This document shows, in pieces, positions 26,415-39,026 of a stretch of 64,000 nt of DNA. Positions within the stretch are counted from its first letter, which is position 1. Each line of letters begins with the position of its first letter. This DNA is from Eledone cirrhosa (Eukaryota). The notes under the pieces are model-generated. The model ran no database searches and was not told the DNA's origin. It saw nothing but the letters and a program-made list of their open reading frames with translations. The position numbers and the translations under genes were made by a program. The DNA lies in contig OZ024740.1 in NCBI GenBank assembly GCA_964016885.1, positions 60,946,001 to 61,010,000 of the forward strand, in the 5' to 3' direction.

Positions 26415-26607
26415 GGGCGGTGGATTGGCAGTATCGGTAGAAGGTCGGACGCCATGCTTCGACGCATAGAGTTACGGCCCTTGCCATTCTGAGTTCAAAT
26501 CCCGCTGAGGTTAACTTTGCCTTTCATCCTTACGGGGTCGATAAAATAAAGTACCAGTAATGTACCAGTAATTGTTGGCCTTGTGCCAAAAGTAGAAACA
26601 ATTATTA
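26415..26607 (+). mobile_element. SINE family A, full length
   Basis: TSD AATTATTATCAATGCC on both sides. Confidence 0.9.
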
Positions 26608-26785
26608 TCAATGCCTTTTACTAAAACTTTCATCACTTAAGAGTTCTTAGTTCTAACAATCTTATTGGCTCTACTATAAATAATAGCGCGCGTGTTTGAA
26701 TATATGTGTATGTATATGCACGTGTTTATTTATATATATATCATCGTCGTTGTTTAACGTCCATCTTCCATGCTAGCATGGGTTA

Positions 26786-26818
<33 letters not shown>

Positions 26819-27308
26819 GGAGGCACATGGTTTAGTGGTTAGAGCATTGGGCATTGGGCTTGCAATCGAAAGGTTGTGAGTTCAATTCTCAGACACTTTA
26901 TTTCACATTGCTCCAGTTTACTCAGCTGTAGAAATGAGATGATAGGATTGGAGGTGCCACGGAAAAAAAAAAAGCACCCAGCACTCACTGTAAATGAGGT
27001 TGGTGAGGGGCATCCAGCTGTAGAAATCGCGCCAGAATCAGTTCCCGTCCCACCCTTGCAAGCAGGGAAAAGTGGATGTGTGATGATGATGATATATATA
27101 TATATATATATAACACAGTCCACGCTGTAATGTGGCCGTGTAGGTAACACGGTAAAAACCTCCCAGTCCACACTGTAAACGTGGTTGGTGTTAGGAAGGG
27201 CATCCAGCCGTAGAAAACATGCGAGACGACGAATCTTGCCTCAAGTGGGATAATTCCCGTCTAAACCCATGCTAACGTGGAAGTTGGACATTAAACGATG
27301 ATGATGAT
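26819..27308 (+). mobile_element. Family B SINE plus adjacent RTE 3'-UTR fragment
   Basis: GGAGGCACATGG head to (GAT)n at ~27092; 27112-27308 matches 40768-40980. Confidence 0.8.
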
Positions 27309-27629
27309 ATATAATATATATATATATATATATATACATATATATACACACAGTTCAAGAGTAAACCAATCTTAAAGACAGGTATGGAGATAGGAGAGAA
27401 GAGAAGAGAGATTGGTGAATTAATTTGATCCAGAAGCATTATATGGAGTAGCGAAACAATTGTAAACGGACATTATTATTATTATTATTATTATTATTCC
27501 TTACATTCCTTAGATTAAACTACAACTATGTTGACAATCTTTAAATAATGTCTTCCTTGTGAAATTTGTGGTCTTGTTTTGCTTAACTAATGAATATATA
27601 ATATATATATATATATATGTGTATGTACA

Positions 27630-28430
27630 TCTTCATCGTTTTTATGTCGGTTTTCCCACACTTGCATGGGTTGGACATGTTCTTTTCAACACAGCATCTC
27701 TTCACTTGTCTTGTTCCTTCGCCATTGCCTTTGTGAGTCTGCGATTCGAGATAAGTTCTCACCACCTCCACCCAGGTCTTCGTTGGTCTACCTCAACTGT
27801 GACTTCCCTCCACTGAAATTTCCTGGCATTTCTTCACCTAGTGATCCTTATCCATGCACATCACATGTCTGTACCAATGCAGTTTATCTCCTGCACACCA
27901 CCTTAGATTCCTCTTAAATCCAAGCTCTGCCCTCTTCTCACATTTACCTTGCACATCCATCAAAGCATGGTTGCTTTATTTCTATACAGACTACGCTTAT
28001 CCTCTGCAGTCACTGCCTATGTTTCACTACCATGCAGTTGTCATTTTGTATGTAGGGAGAAACCTTTTGTTCTCAACACTGGGAGTAGCTCTAAACTTTT
28101 TCCATCCTATCCTTATTTTAGTTATTCTCTCAGAGCACCCTCCTCAGGTCTCTTCAGCTGCTGCTAATTAAGTCACTCAGATAGCAGCAGCTATCAAACA
28201 CTTCTATGGAGCTTTCCTGTGACTTGAAAAGGTTTATATCATTGACGCTCTTCCCCTTCATTACCTCTGGGCATCTCTACATACAGTCTTCCTTTTCTGT
28301 TATCCCACTTTATCTCTTTTGGACCCAGGATTTACATTGTGTACATTGTATATAGTTTCTCTTCCTTTCTACATATTGGGCAGGGCTACTTTCCTGAGGG
28401 AACCAGCGTCGTATCTTCTTTCCTACTTAC
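27630..28430 (-). mobile_element. RTE LINE 3' fragment, heavily decayed
   Basis: Minus-strand MVVKH/..RLEEN..W..HV..GRPRR remnants and a family tail at 27630-27680. Confidence 0.6.
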
Positions 28431-28489
28431 TAAATAACAACTGTGGGAGTTGGACGAGTGTCTCCTTTCTCCAGTGCTTTTCGACATCT

Positions 28490-29150
28490 TTTTGTCCATT
28501 TCCAACCTGCTATTTGCTGATGACATTGACCTGTTAGGAAGCAACAAAGAACTTCAGGAGCATATGGAATGGTGATCAACTTGGAAAAGAGCAAGATTCT
28601 GGTTTATAGTTATAATCAGAATACAACCAAATCATGCTGAACGGAGGCAGACTTGAAGAAGTGAACACCTTCCAGTATCTAGGATCCACACTGATCATAG
28701 ATGGCAAATTTCAAAGAGGAGATACTGACAAGACTCTTCCGGGCTATTTCTGCCATGGGGATGGTGAATGTCATGAAAAAGCAACCCCATTTTTCCAATA
28801 AAGCTCAGATTACTGAAGTCCTTGGTGACTTCGATCTTGTTGCATGGGAGTGAGAGTTGGTCTTTCATAGCTGACATAGAATGAAGAATCCAGTCATTCG
28901 AGCACAGGTGCTTCATGCAGCAAGTTAACAAATATGTTGGCTAACAGGAACTACTCCATGTGATAGTGAAAAGATGGAAGCTTGCCTGGCATGGTCATAT
29001 ATCCTGCCACAACTCTTTGTCCGAAACCATCCACAGTTGAGGGAGAGTGAAGAAGAGGCAGACAAAGAAAATCCTGTTCTGACAACATGAAAGACTAGAT
29101 ACAACACTGGCCCTACTATGTAGGTTGGGAAATAGACACCAATGGCAACG
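28490..29150 (+). mobile_element. RTE LINE RT/3' fragment
   Basis: FADDIDL, GMVINLEKSKILV, EEVNTFQYLGS, LLHGSESW. Confidence 0.7.
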
Positions 29151-30086
29151 ACTGGTTGCACCAGTTACGAGAACATGATGAATATAACACGCACACACAG
29201 GTCTCTAGGTTATAGTTTTATATATATAACAGTTTACAATTTCCATCTACTCACATGGTCAACCCAAGAGTGTAGTGAAAGATACTTGCCCAATGTGCCA
29301 CACAGTGGAATCAAACCAGAAACTATGCAGATGTAGAGTGAACTTTTAAGCACACAGCTATGCCTGCATCCATAGTCATGTAGAAAATCTTTTGCAGCTC
29401 ACATGAAGGTGAGCTAATTTGGCTATCATTGTTAGCTTGACAACCTTTAAGAAATTGCTAATACAGAGGATGTGATTTGTATGTTAAAGCAGCAGCCTTC
29501 TTAGATAGTTTTCATTGAATGGAAAGACAGTGAAAGGACATGGTGCCATAGCCCTGGGCCCCTATATGAAAATGAGGCACTCAATTGCAAGTTGAAGTGC
29601 CCTATGCTTCTAATGGGGTACCCCTCCTGTCACCTGAGTACCAAGAAATATTTTTAACAATTTATATGATGTCTGTTATCAAAATTCATTAAAGTTTCAA
29701 GTGACATCAAATTTTTGTGTGTAGGTATATGTATGTAAATGCTGGCATTGATACTTTTAACACACAAAAAAACAAAACAAAAACAACAAAACAAACAATT
29801 AAAAAAAATGGCTGAAGATGCCAGTATAAATGTAAAATCTCCAATAATGGAATTCCTCTCCTGAAAAATAAAAGCCTGTGAAACTGAAAATAATTTGAAA
29901 GCATATGCTTAATAACTATGTTTTAAAGTGTGTATGGTGTACATACACATTCTTAATAAAATCTGTAATTTGAAAGCATGGTCATTCTCCTTTCCTTCTT
30001 GTCCCTTTTTGTCTCATCTGCTTCTCTCCTTTCTTTTCTGGCTGGCTCTCTCTTCTATCCCTCTTTCTGTGTTTAAAAAAAAAAAG

Positions 30087-30143
30087 CTAGATTCTTATTA
30101 TAAAGAGAAAATCAGACAAGAAGTTTTCAGAATTCTTCAAAAT
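30087..30143 (+). CDS. TERB1: TERB1-like exon (coiled coil)
   Basis: aag|CTA...AAT|gtaagt, phase 0-0; LDSYYKEKIRQEVFRILQN. Confidence 0.62.
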
Positions 30144-32306
30144 GTAAGTAACTCTTAAATATTTATCTGGCTGCTATTTTGCTATGGTGGTATATTGTTA
30201 AGTGGTGAATTTTTTTAATCTATTAATATAACATTAACAAATATGTTATTAATAATTACTTTTATTTTGGTGAAAATTATTGTGGAGGTGGGAATAAACT
30301 ACTGAAATGCTGTGATTATTTGGTAAATTGCTCTCTCCCTCTCAACTCCCTGGCCCCCTTATCTATTTCTCATACCTTTCTCTGAAAAGGATTTAAAACT
30401 TTGATGCTGTGTTTGAACTGTTCATTTTGCAGCTTTTTCTTATTAGTTCTTTCTTTGTTTTTTGGGGGGTGGGGGGGTCTCATACTTTGGTCAAAAGCCA
30501 AGAACTGTTGAGGCATCACAGACTACAAAGCAACAACAGGTAGGCTAAGAAAAATAAACAAACATTATCATGCAAATCCAACATCAGTTTCAGAGGATAA
30601 CTGTTCTTTCCCCACCCCAGGAGAAAAACTTAGATATGGGATCTTTAATGCTGTAATATCATTTTTGATCAATTGTCTGTTGCTTTACAAAAATGTAGGT
30701 TAGCTTATGAATTAAGTGCATAAGTTCAAAGCCATAGAAAAATTATGTGGTTTACCTGCTGCAGAGATAAAACCTGAAGCTAAGAAACTTATCACTGCTT
30801 TCTCTTGTGAGTTAGTTTTGTGGTGATAGAAGAAAGTGTCCATTTTACAGCTTTTTCCAAGCTTAGGTTGTGTCATGCCATGTCAGATGATTCTCTAAGT
30901 GTTGATGTAGGTCTTGCAATATATTTGAGCTTAATATTTATTAGTTGTTCGGGAGAGAGAGACCAGTCAGTATATTAGCACCCATAAAGATTTACTCAAG
31001 AACTACAATGATCTACAAAAGATTGTGCTCTGTCTACATGATGTAGTGTTCTGAAGAATATGCAACTTGAGTTCATTAAAGATTTATCAAATGTAGACTT
31101 GATGCATATAGCTATAGGTAGGTATTAGTTACTGTACTTAGCTGAGATAAAGTTTTGATTTAACAGATGCTGTTTTGGACAATGTTAGATCAGGTGACCA
31201 TGTCTTGCTCAAATCAGTTCTGTATAAGCAAGACATAGTCACCTGACCTAACATTGCCCACAACAGGACCACTCGTCTAACCCATGCCAGCGTAGAAAAA
31301 TGGATGTAAAACGACGATGATGATGATAGCACCATTATATATTAGATTTGGTACGTTTTTTTTTTTTTTTTTTTTTTTTAATACTAAAAACTCAGGTGGC
31401 CTTGAAACTAACTTGTGCATTTATATATAACACTTAACATTTACATATGTATATATGCATTTAACATATATTTATGTATTCTCATCTATATATTACAGAT
31501 CATTAATTTTTAACGTTCAAAGTGTGTATGTATAACTTGTTAATTCCTGTTACATGCAATAAGCAAATGTGATGTGTAATTTTGAGGATTGCTATGTATC
31601 TTTTGTTTGTTTTCGTTTTGTATAAGGGAGGGATATCAAGCCCCCAAGGTCTGAATTCAGCCCTGAGTAAACCAGGAATTGGCGATTTCAGACAGGTTGT
31701 TGTTATTACTGCAAGGCACACAGTTGTAGTGAAAACTCTCCAAATGAGGAACACGGATCTTAAAAAAATATGAGAACAGTATTTTAATATTTTGTTTCAC
31801 GTTATCAAATATCAACAACACTATATATTTGAAACATTCATTGTAAAGCATATTTTCTTTTTTCTTTCTTTCCTTTTTTTTTTTGTGGAAAATAGAATTT
31901 TATTCTGATTTGAAATTCTTGTATGTGTCTGTTGTGTTCTAGAGGCAAAATAATGAAAACATTGCTATGTGAAACAGCCAGTACCAGCCACTCTACCTTT
32001 CTCAGGTGGAATACTCCTCCCAGTTTTGTGGAGGAAGGAATAGTTTGGGTATTGAGGACACCAGAGTTTCTGAATGATGTGAAATATAGGAAAATTCACA
32101 CATTAAATTAAATGGTAAGGACTTAAACATAAAAGCAAGGGCAATTAGAGGAAATATTTCAGTTTACAAATTAATAAACTCTATATGTAACCATATATAG
32201 TCTTTTTCCTTTTATCTTTTTTTTTTATATTTATGATTTCCAAACAAAATGAAATATTTTAATAAGTTTTCTCCTAATTTCTTACTATGGTATTCTCTTT
32301 TTCCAG

Positions 32307-32820
32307 GGTAATATAACATTGAATACAACTTCAACATCTGGAAAAGAACCTCAATCGGACCATAGAAGCAGCAAAGAGAATCAAGATATGCCTTGGTTCA
32401 AGAAGCCACTAAGTCTTGATCTTAAAAGACGAAACTTGCAGCATCTTGAATCAGAAGATAGTGTCACTTCCATAGATGATTCATCAACTCGAAGCACTGT
32501 CTTCCAACAATATAATAAAAATGAAGGAATGAATAAGTTTTCTGTGCCAAACTCCATTGCTAGCTCTACAGAATCATCAATGGACCAAACATTACTTGCC
32601 CTAGCCAAAATGTCTAATAAGCATGGATCATCTTCAAAAAATCTTTATAAAAGTTCAGCTCCTGTTAAATCGACAGAACCAAACCCATATGATGCCCCTG
32701 TGCCTAATTCTACTTTTCAGCAAATAGCATCTTATCCATCAAATATTTTTCAAAGGGCTTCAATGAAAAAGGATGGAGTATTGCCAACCACAAAAAGTTT
32801 CTTCGCCTTCAAAAATAAAT
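32307..32820 (+). CDS. TERB1: TERB1-like large Ser-rich disordered exon
   Basis: ttccag acceptor, 171 open codons; the donor GTAGAA is weak but gives the phase 1 required by the next exon. Confidence 0.65.
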
Positions 32821-33909
32821 GTAGAACATATTTTATTTATATTTTCATTTTAATCTGTCTCTATAGTAGCTATTTTCATCATCACTGTACACCCCACCCT
32901 TTGTATATCTGTCCACCACTATCATTCCTTACCTATTCTCACCATTACTACATTCCCACCCCACTCTATTTAAGATCACACTCGCCCCTCTCCAATACTA
33001 CCCAGGATTAACCTGCTCTCTCCCACAGTACCCAGGATCAACTGTATTTCTTTAAAATTCTGACACACCAGTTACCCTCCTAGTAGCTATTATCCTCACA
33101 GTACCTTCCATGCTATCAGAAGTCACCCCCTCTTATTCATCATCCTTCTTACCCCACCACATCCTTTTATTTCCCCTACCCCATAGGATAAAAAAGGCAC
33201 TTCAGTTGGGGTCAATGACCAACAATCTCTTGAGTGCTGCTGTCAAAAAAATGCACCCAGTACACATTATAGGGTGTTTGGTGATATGAAGTACACTCTG
33301 CTGCAGAAAACACGCCAAATAAAAGGTTGGCTGGCTGGCTGGTCTCTCCAGCTATGGCAAGAACTTGATAACCTCCTTAATGCTGATGTCATCATATAAT
33401 GTACTCTGTGTGGAATCGTGTGAGACATGGACCCTCGGGCCATCTAAAATGCGGGAGTAAGGAAGATACAGGGCCCCCTCCCCAGCCCATCTGAAGGGTG
33501 GTCCATAGCTCCACATAAGTCTTGCTCGCAATGAAAACGGACATTTAATAAGATATCTTATTCCAGCATTCATTAACTTTATACAAGAATGAAATAATAT
33601 TGATAGCTTTAGATAGAACTAGATATATTACTTACTGGGAGGTAACTCTGTAAAGAAACGTAACTCTTGATAAAATTTAACCCATAAAATTAGTACCACA
33701 CTACTGAAATTATTACCCAGTCAGTCTATTGGCTAAAACCCATGCCTGAGACTAGTAAAAAGTATACTGGTCAACAGTATATTTTTATGGATTTTTATCT
33801 AACTCTTTTTTTAAAATTTGTTCCAAATTTCCCACGACTATCCTGTATTCTTTAATGCCATTTCATAGAACCTTTTTTAACCCCTGTATTTACTTAAGTA
33901 ATATTTTAA

Positions 33910-34122
33910 CCCTTTAGCATTTAAACTGGCCATAACTGGCCAGAATTTTCACCTATTTCTGTTCAAACTGGCAGTAACCGGCCGCTCATACTGTTGTTAA
34001 GGTATTGTTCTCAAAATAAATAATAGCAAAATCTCGTAAATTCGATATTAAATGAGATAGTTATGTGAAGTAAAGTGTTTACCATGAAAATACAATGGAA
34101 AATATGGAGTAATGCTAAAGGG
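33910..34122. mobile_element. piggyBac-type MITE
   Basis: TTAA-CCCTTTAGCATT...AATGCTAAAGGG-TTAA. Confidence 0.9.
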
Positions 34123-34179
34123 TTAATTATACTATTTATTGTCTAATTTTTTTTTTCATAATAGCAGCCACACATGTGT

Positions 34180-34227
<48 letters not shown>

Positions 34228-35069
34228 ATATATATATATATATGATTAAATTAATTTAAGTTTGAGTTAATTTTTTCCCAGATATTGTAAGCTATTTATA
34301 ATTTCATATATCTTCTCATTAATAGCTATTTAACTTTATATTGAATAGCTATAGCTAAATCACGTGGTGTTCATAACCATACATTTTCCTGTTAGCTGTA
34401 ATAGCGGTCTAGTCTAGATGTTATTTCCATCATGGGAAAATCCATTAGTTAGTATATTTTAAGACTAGTTCACTGATGAACAATCTAAAAATAAATGTAA
34501 TCTTGAGTTTTTCGAATATTAATAACATTCGATTAGTTTGCAATTATGCAAACAGCCTCCTCTTTTTAAGCCATGTCAGTAGAATGACCCTGTCACGCTT
34601 GCTCTTGTATTGGCATGTAAACAGAACTTCAGACTGTTCATGGGTGATTACCCTTCATCAGTGCAGTATACTGCTTACCTGCCAAGTGTCAGAGCTAGTG
34701 AAAGAATTTATTTTCTAAAATATACAGTGGCTGATCGGCCATATAATCGTTTGTACATACTTTTCCATGCTAGCATTAGTTAAGCTAGGCTCTTTGATGC
34801 AGTGTTTCTAAGGCTGGATGCTCTTCTTGACTCCAACCCATCCTTTATTTACAAGTATGGTAATATATTGCTCACCTTTGTTGAAATGCTATGCTGCAGG
34901 ACGTATAGTTTACACAGGATATAAGGAGATATCTCAAATACATTAAGTTCCTCATTTAACTTATTAATGATAAAGTTACTTATCATTAATTTTATTATTT
35001 TGTATATCATACATTCATTCAGCTTCTTTCATTGACATAATGAAAGGACAGAAGCGGTGAAATTAGAAA

Positions 35070-35500
35070 TAGTAATAATAATAAAATTGTGTACAGTGCT
35101 CGGGTGCACTACAACTCATCAAAGGTACATGTATAGTACATAGAATAATTGTTTTTACTTTTCACATAAGGCCAGCAATTATCCCAGTGCATTACTGGTA
35201 CTTTATTTCATCGACCTCGTAAGGATGAAAGGCAAATCCACAGCGGGATTTGAACTCTGAACGTAAACTCTATGCTGCAGAGCAGTGTCTGACCCTCTTA
35301 CGATACTGCAGATCCACCGTACAATGTTAGGAAAGTGAACTCTGCTGCAGAGCAGAGTGTCTGACCCTCTTACGATACTGCAGATCCACCGTACAATGTT
35401 AGCAAAGTAAACTCTATGCTGCAAAGCATAGTGTCTGACCCTCTTACGATACTGCAGATCCACTGTACAATGTTAGGAAAGTAAACAGTGTATAGAACAC
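35070..35500 (-). mobile_element. CR1 3' UTR fragment with an inserted family A SINE; junction triplicated
   Basis: CR1 tail at 35070-35150, SINE at 35146-35320, three ~70-75 bp tandem units at 35263-35485. Confidence 0.75.
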
Positions 35501-35876
35501 ATATTTTCTGTAGAACACAAATTACTATCATTTATAAATGAAATATGTTCAAAGATTAACAAATATTTGGCTCTTGAATATATCATGTCAATAATTTCAA
35601 TGTTAAATTGAATTTAGCACAAAACTATTCAGTCATTATCTGAACAGAATCTATATGGAGATCAAACAAAAGGACTTTCAAATAATTAAGACTCTTGTAT
35701 GTTTATTATACATAAAGATATTTTATATGCTTTCACCCTTATTATTTTTAAGGCTTTCTAGATATTAGAATCATTATTGACTTTTTTGCTCCACATTCCA
35801 AGATATGAAAGCTATGTCTATAAATCTCAATAGTAAAGTGTGAGTGATGTACATTTTCAACTAACCAGTTTGAATA

Positions 35877-36009
35877 GCAAGTTTTCAACTAGCAATAACC
35901 ACGCTTTGGATAACCCTCATTGGTTATGATATCACCTTGGCTTTGCACAGGCAATATCATAGTTAATGAGGCTTATTCGAGGCGTGGTTATTGCTAATCA
36001 AAAACTTGC
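35877..36009. repeat. Imperfect 133-bp fold-back hairpin
   Basis: TAGCAATAACCACGC / GCGTGGTTATTGCTA arms; ~60-bp stem, ~11-nt loop. Confidence 0.85.
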
Positions 36010-36695
36010 CACTTTGCTGTTAAGATTTTACAAATTTATCGATTTTATTCCACTGTTAGCAGGTGAATATAAACCCTTTGAATAACCATCTAATTGATGT
36101 TTGAAAAAAAATTCACGCAAAAACACAAATGAAAAAATTATGAATTACTTGATTAGTTTTTTTTCTTTAATCTATTCCAGATTCATTTGCTGAGACCGAA
36201 AATATAGCCCTACAATCATCATTTGCTTTTGAATGTTGTTACACCTCAAACATGTACCCGCAATGCCCTGGTATGGTAGATTTGTTTCAGTTGGAACATC
36301 TTAGAATTTATTTCTGTGTTGAAAATAAATACTTTTCTTTGAAACTAAATATATATACAGACACAGTGGTGGACTGGTCAGGTTATCAACCCAGAGGGCC
36401 TGCAGTTGTATTTTAGTTTTAGCTTTTAAAGAAAATATCTGAAGTCTTGGAGAAAGAATAAAAAACAAATAAAACAAGCAAAATCAAAATATATGATGCT
36501 GCCAGAGTCAATGGTTATAGTGTATTCATGCTTATATACACAGAACCACTTACCAATTTTGTGGGATATATCTGGGGAGTCTATGGTCTACTCAATCAGC
36601 AGCAAATAGTGCAAATGGGTTGAAGAGTGGTGGAAATAAATTTGAAAGGAAATTGGAAAAAGAATACCAAGAAAAGCATAGCTAAAGATAATTAA

Positions 36696-37916
36696 CCCTT
36701 TAACATTCATATTAATTTTCAAATGTCATGCTTATCTGTTCACATTATTTTGAGTTGCGGTTGATTGGCAGTATCGGTAGAGGGTCGGACGCCATGCTTT
36801 GCAGCATAGAGTTACGGCCCTTTATGATCTGAGTTCAAATCTCGCCGAGGTTAACTTTGCCTTTCATCCTTACGGGGGTCAATAAAATGAAATACCAGCA
36901 ATGTACTGGGTAATTGCTGGCCTTGTGCCAAAAGTAGAAACAATTATTTTGAGTTAATCATACTCAAGAGGATTATCAATTTTATTTGTTTGTAATTTTC
37001 TTAATTTTCTATGTGCAGGCTTGAAATTTTGTCAGATGTTTAAATATCAATAATTTACAATTATATAATTTGACCTGATTTTTTTTTTTTTGCTTAAATT
37101 TGACTTTTATGGGCAGGTGAAATTAAATTAATAGGGGCATTTGAAGTATCAACCAGGTGCAAATACTGGTTTAACTTTAAATATGTTGTTTTTGGCAAAA
37201 TACTTTATATATAAGGATCACTAAACCATATATCAATGCTCCAGTAATTCCAGTCTTGGAAATGTTTTATACCGAACATAATATTTACGGTAAAAAATGC
37301 TTGCATTTCCGCAGCATCTGTCGGTCGCTAAACAGATCGGGCTTTCCTCGATTTGAAATCTGTTGGGTATATCGATTAATCTCTTCTGCCACAACTTCAA
37401 AGAAAGTTTGTGGTAAAAACAAAAAGAAATAATCCAGTGTGTTAGCATCGGGAGCTAATGTGTGTTGTGGACCAGTATTTTGAATAAAATGGGGAACATA
37501 TATTGGTGTGGTATTTTTCAACCACATTGCTGTAATATTTTCAATGGCGTCTTGGAGATCTCCTTCGTTTTCACTTTAAAAAATCATCGGATGAAATTTC
37601 AGAAATGTAAACATCTGATTCGTTTGTAGATAAATCACTAATATTATCTTTTGTTTCTTGTTCATTCTGAATGTCGGTATCGCTACTGTCACAAGCCATG
37701 TTGATACACAAAAAATCTGTTCAACTTTCAACGTTAAAAAAAAAAACACGTTGTTTTAGGTTGTTTCACTATATTAAGTGTTAATTTTTGCAGTAACGGC
37801 CTAATCTCGCAGTAATCTCGAATTGACGAGATTTTGATGATGGTTTGTTTATTTTTAGAACAATATTTTAGTGTGGGTGTTATAGGCCAGTTTCGGGCAG
37901 TTTGAACACTAAAGGG
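36696..37916 (-). mobile_element. piggyBac deletion derivative with nested family A SINE (36757-36948)
   Basis: TTAA flanks, CCCTTTA TIRs; frameshifted transposase N-terminus homologous to 45031-45738. Confidence 0.88.
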
Positions 37917-38323
37917 TTAAGGAAGAAATGAAAGCTGAGAATTTTAATGGGGGAATATGTAGCCGATAGGGCAAAATGGAGTCCTGCTTATCCTCGCTGG
38001 CAAAGCTAACCCTTGCTTTGGTAGGAAAAATTGGCTTAAAATGTTTGTTGCTGTATGGTATAAATGTTCTATTAATGGCTAGACTAGTATGATATTACTG
38101 TTAGATTATATTTCTAGTTTGTGGTCAGATACTTCTACAACACTAGAACTAAATATTGTGGATATCTCATTTGTAAAGATGCATAGACAGAAAACATAAT
38201 CGTTATTAGTTTGAAACTAAAATAAAAATTTCTTTATTTTATAGATATTAAATTTTGGGCTTTTAATATATTTTTAACAAATGTAATTTAACTGAATTAA
38301 CAACTGCTTGTCTTATTTTCCAG

Positions 38324-38574
38324 CTGGATATCCTCCATGTGCAAGAAACAATCAATTACTCACAAGCCGCAATTTCTATATTGTTCTTGAAACTAGTCCT
38401 CAGACTTGCCCATTCCATCGTCTCCTCAGAAATATTGAAAGAGAACACATGAAAACATTTGCTAAGGCCAATAAAAGAAAGAGAAATATAAATTTGTATG
38501 AATACTACAAAGATATTCCAAGTTCAATGAAATCACAAGATGGAGATTACTATGTTGTGTTATCAGATGAAAAT
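38324..38574 (+). CDS. TERB1: TERB1-like exon (TERB2-binding region)
   Basis: ttccag|...|gtaagt; LTSRNFYIVLETSPQTCPFHRLLRNIE resembles vertebrate TERB1 LNSRNF..L..CP..C..H.....E. Confidence 0.85.
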
Positions 38575-38764
38575 GTAAGTTAATTTACTTCAATGGAATT
38601 TCAATTTTAACTAAAATATGTAATTGATCACATGTATCTAGTTTAGAATAGGTGCACCATATCCCTGTGTCTATATGCCATAAAACATTGCCTCACAAAG
38701 GATTTCTTGGGGGCCCAAAACGCTAACCCCTATTTTAGCATGGAAGATGACCATAAAACATTTA

Positions 38765-38937
38765 CAGTGAAATTCCTTTATAACGGAATTAACGAGGTAT
38801 AAAGAAAAATCTGTTGAAACGAAAAATTCTTTGTAACAAGACTGAAGCACATTGAGCGTGTGGCCGGGGATTGAAAAACATTTTGTTAGACTGAAAAATT
38901 TGTTATAATGGTATTCGTTGTAACAGAATTTTACCTG
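38765..38937. mobile_element. Tigger/pogo-like MITE
   Basis: TA-CAGTGAAATTCCTTTATAACG / CGTTGTAACAGAATTTTACCTG degenerate TIRs. Confidence 0.55.
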
Positions 38938-39026
38938 GATTGTTATTGCATTGCACACACACTTGCTACTAGTTATTTAAAATAGAGCTTATATGTTGGT
39001 AAAAATTAATTAGCTAATAGTAATTA

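Noticed and set aside
27420-27470. Second hammerhead remnant (GCGAAACAATTGTA)
   Set aside because: No intact CTGANGA box and no stem I.
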